DNA of 63,953 bases, counting the filler, from Octopus bimaculoides (taxonomy: Eukaryota): NCBI RefSeq assembly GCF_001194135.2. It is 7 parts of 7 records of this genome, joined end to end, with 100 filler letters (N's around TTAATTAATTAA, not from the genome) between each part and the next. Parts side by side here need not be neighbours in the genome. Positions count along the whole stretch, not along the records: positions 61,730 to 63,953 come from NC_068988.1; 6 more parts are not named here. One strand, given 5' to 3'. A model generated the notes under the pieces. The model made no database searches. It was not told the DNA's origin and worked only from the letters and a program-made list of their open reading frames with translations. The position numbers and the translations under genes were made by a program. Shown piece by piece: positions 62,495 to 63,953 of the stretch (position 1 is its first letter; each line of letters opens with the position of its first letter).

Positions 62495-63094
62495 TATATA
62501 TTAGTGTCTCACTTTGGTGTAGCAATACAAATAACCGGTGTTAAAGATCAATATACATATGCTTGAAAATATGCGTTATTTGAATACAGAGCATATGCAT
62601 ACAGGCTTTACATACATTTATGTATGTATGTACAGGTATATGAGCATGAGGCTACGAATTGCTATAGGTCAGTGGAATTTTACGTTAATACATAAAATGC
62701 CGGACATTTTTACAATGCTTATGATGGTGGTATATAGAAAATAAGATGTTCGCATTCATGAGACCATTAGAAGAAAATACCGTCACCCCAGCGGATAATA
62801 CGAGATATTGATGTAAAACACACTAGCGCATACGTACAGAAAAGCGCATACACATACAGAGATACGTTCACGCAGGCGTATGGAGAAATAGAAAATAAAT
62901 TGAGTAATGCGTTTTGTTATTCTGTAATATAATATCTAAAATTACTACCACCACCACCACTATCACCACCACTAAGATGAGTAACGATTTAACGTTTACC
63001 TCATCTCTGACCTGCAAGAAACCAGAGCCAAATATCCCTCATGTTAAACAAGGTGTAGCTATATGTCTGAATGTGTGTGTAACTTTGCACATGA

Positions 63095-63505
63095 GAGTGT
63101 GTGTATGTGTTTGTGTGCGTGTGAGTCTGTGTGTGTGTGAGTATGTCTGTGCACGTGTGTGTGAGTCTATGTGTGTGTGAGTCTATGTGTGTGTGTGTCT
63201 ATGTGTGTGTGTGTGCACGTGTGTGAGTCTGTGTGTGTGTGTGTCTATGTGTGTGTGTGTGTGCGTGTGTGCGTGTGTGTGCGTGTGTGTGTGTGCGTGT
63301 GCGTGCGGGGAAACAAAACAAAGGGAGAAGAAAGAAAGAAGGGCAGAGCATATGATAGAGAACAGCGGAAAAGATAGGAGTGGGAAACGCATAGAAAAGC
63401 AGACAGCAACTGAAACAGAAAGAGAAAGATAGAGAGAGAGAAAAAGAGAGAGAGATAGAGATAGAGAGAGAGAGAGAAAGGGAGAGAGAGAGACAGACAG
63501 AGAGG
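63095..63505. repeat. Compound (GT)n and (GA)n microsatellites
   Basis: Directly visible. Confidence 0.9.
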
Positions 63506-63953
63506 GGGTAAGGGAGAGAACAAGAAATAAAGAAACAGTCGAATTGACGTGGAAGAGAAAATATAATTAAGAACAATTCATATGTATATGAAGTTTATTA
63601 GAAAATAGTAAAAATATATATTGTAACCCCACCTCGGCAACACACACAAAAAAATGTTAAATAAAAAATGGAGCTGAATAAATGAAATAAGATTTAAGAC
63701 TTAATTTAGCCTCAAGTTAAATTCTCTTTAATCCGCTACACTATATGATAAACAACATCGATTTCTTTCAGACGATTTACTGTTGTGTCCGATGTTTTAC
63801 GGACATTTGATGCCAGCATTTAAAGTTTTATATATATATGTGTGTACATATCTCTATATATATACATGTATATTTATATGTACATCTATCTCTCTCTCTC
63901 TCTCTCTCTCTCTGTATGTATGTATGCATGTATATATATATATATATATATAT

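Overview
Eukaryotic, AT-rich and repeat-saturated draft-assembly sequence with about 10 kb of N and six artificial TTAATTAATTAA gap linkers. The SINE families and microsatellite load point to a coleoid cephalopod, very probably Octopus (inference from recalled repeat sequences). No complete host gene is supportable, only a few low-confidence exon candidates. Most sequence is tRNA-derived SINEs (three head types plus an RTE-type tail), fossils of CR1/L2-like and RTE LINEs, Penelope-like elements (PLEs), mariner relics and simple repeats. The main discovery is a dense set of minimal type I hammerhead ribozyme (HHR) motifs with palindromic stem III. The best case is a three-copy tandem array of a ~325-nt monomer at 44.2-45.5 kb in which each unit carries a TATA box followed by a hammerhead, i.e. 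a retrozyme/satellite-RNA-like or PLE pLTR architecture. Several other HHRs sit at or inside inverted duplications (6.5, 9.8-10.75, 57.4 and perhaps 13.4 kb). A second notable signal is a ~20-kb block (31.8-51.3 kb) where SINE copies show strong CpG decay and where all the RTE-type insertions I found lie. This suggests a germline-methylated gene body or a chimeric scaffold join. All alignments and folds were done by eye.
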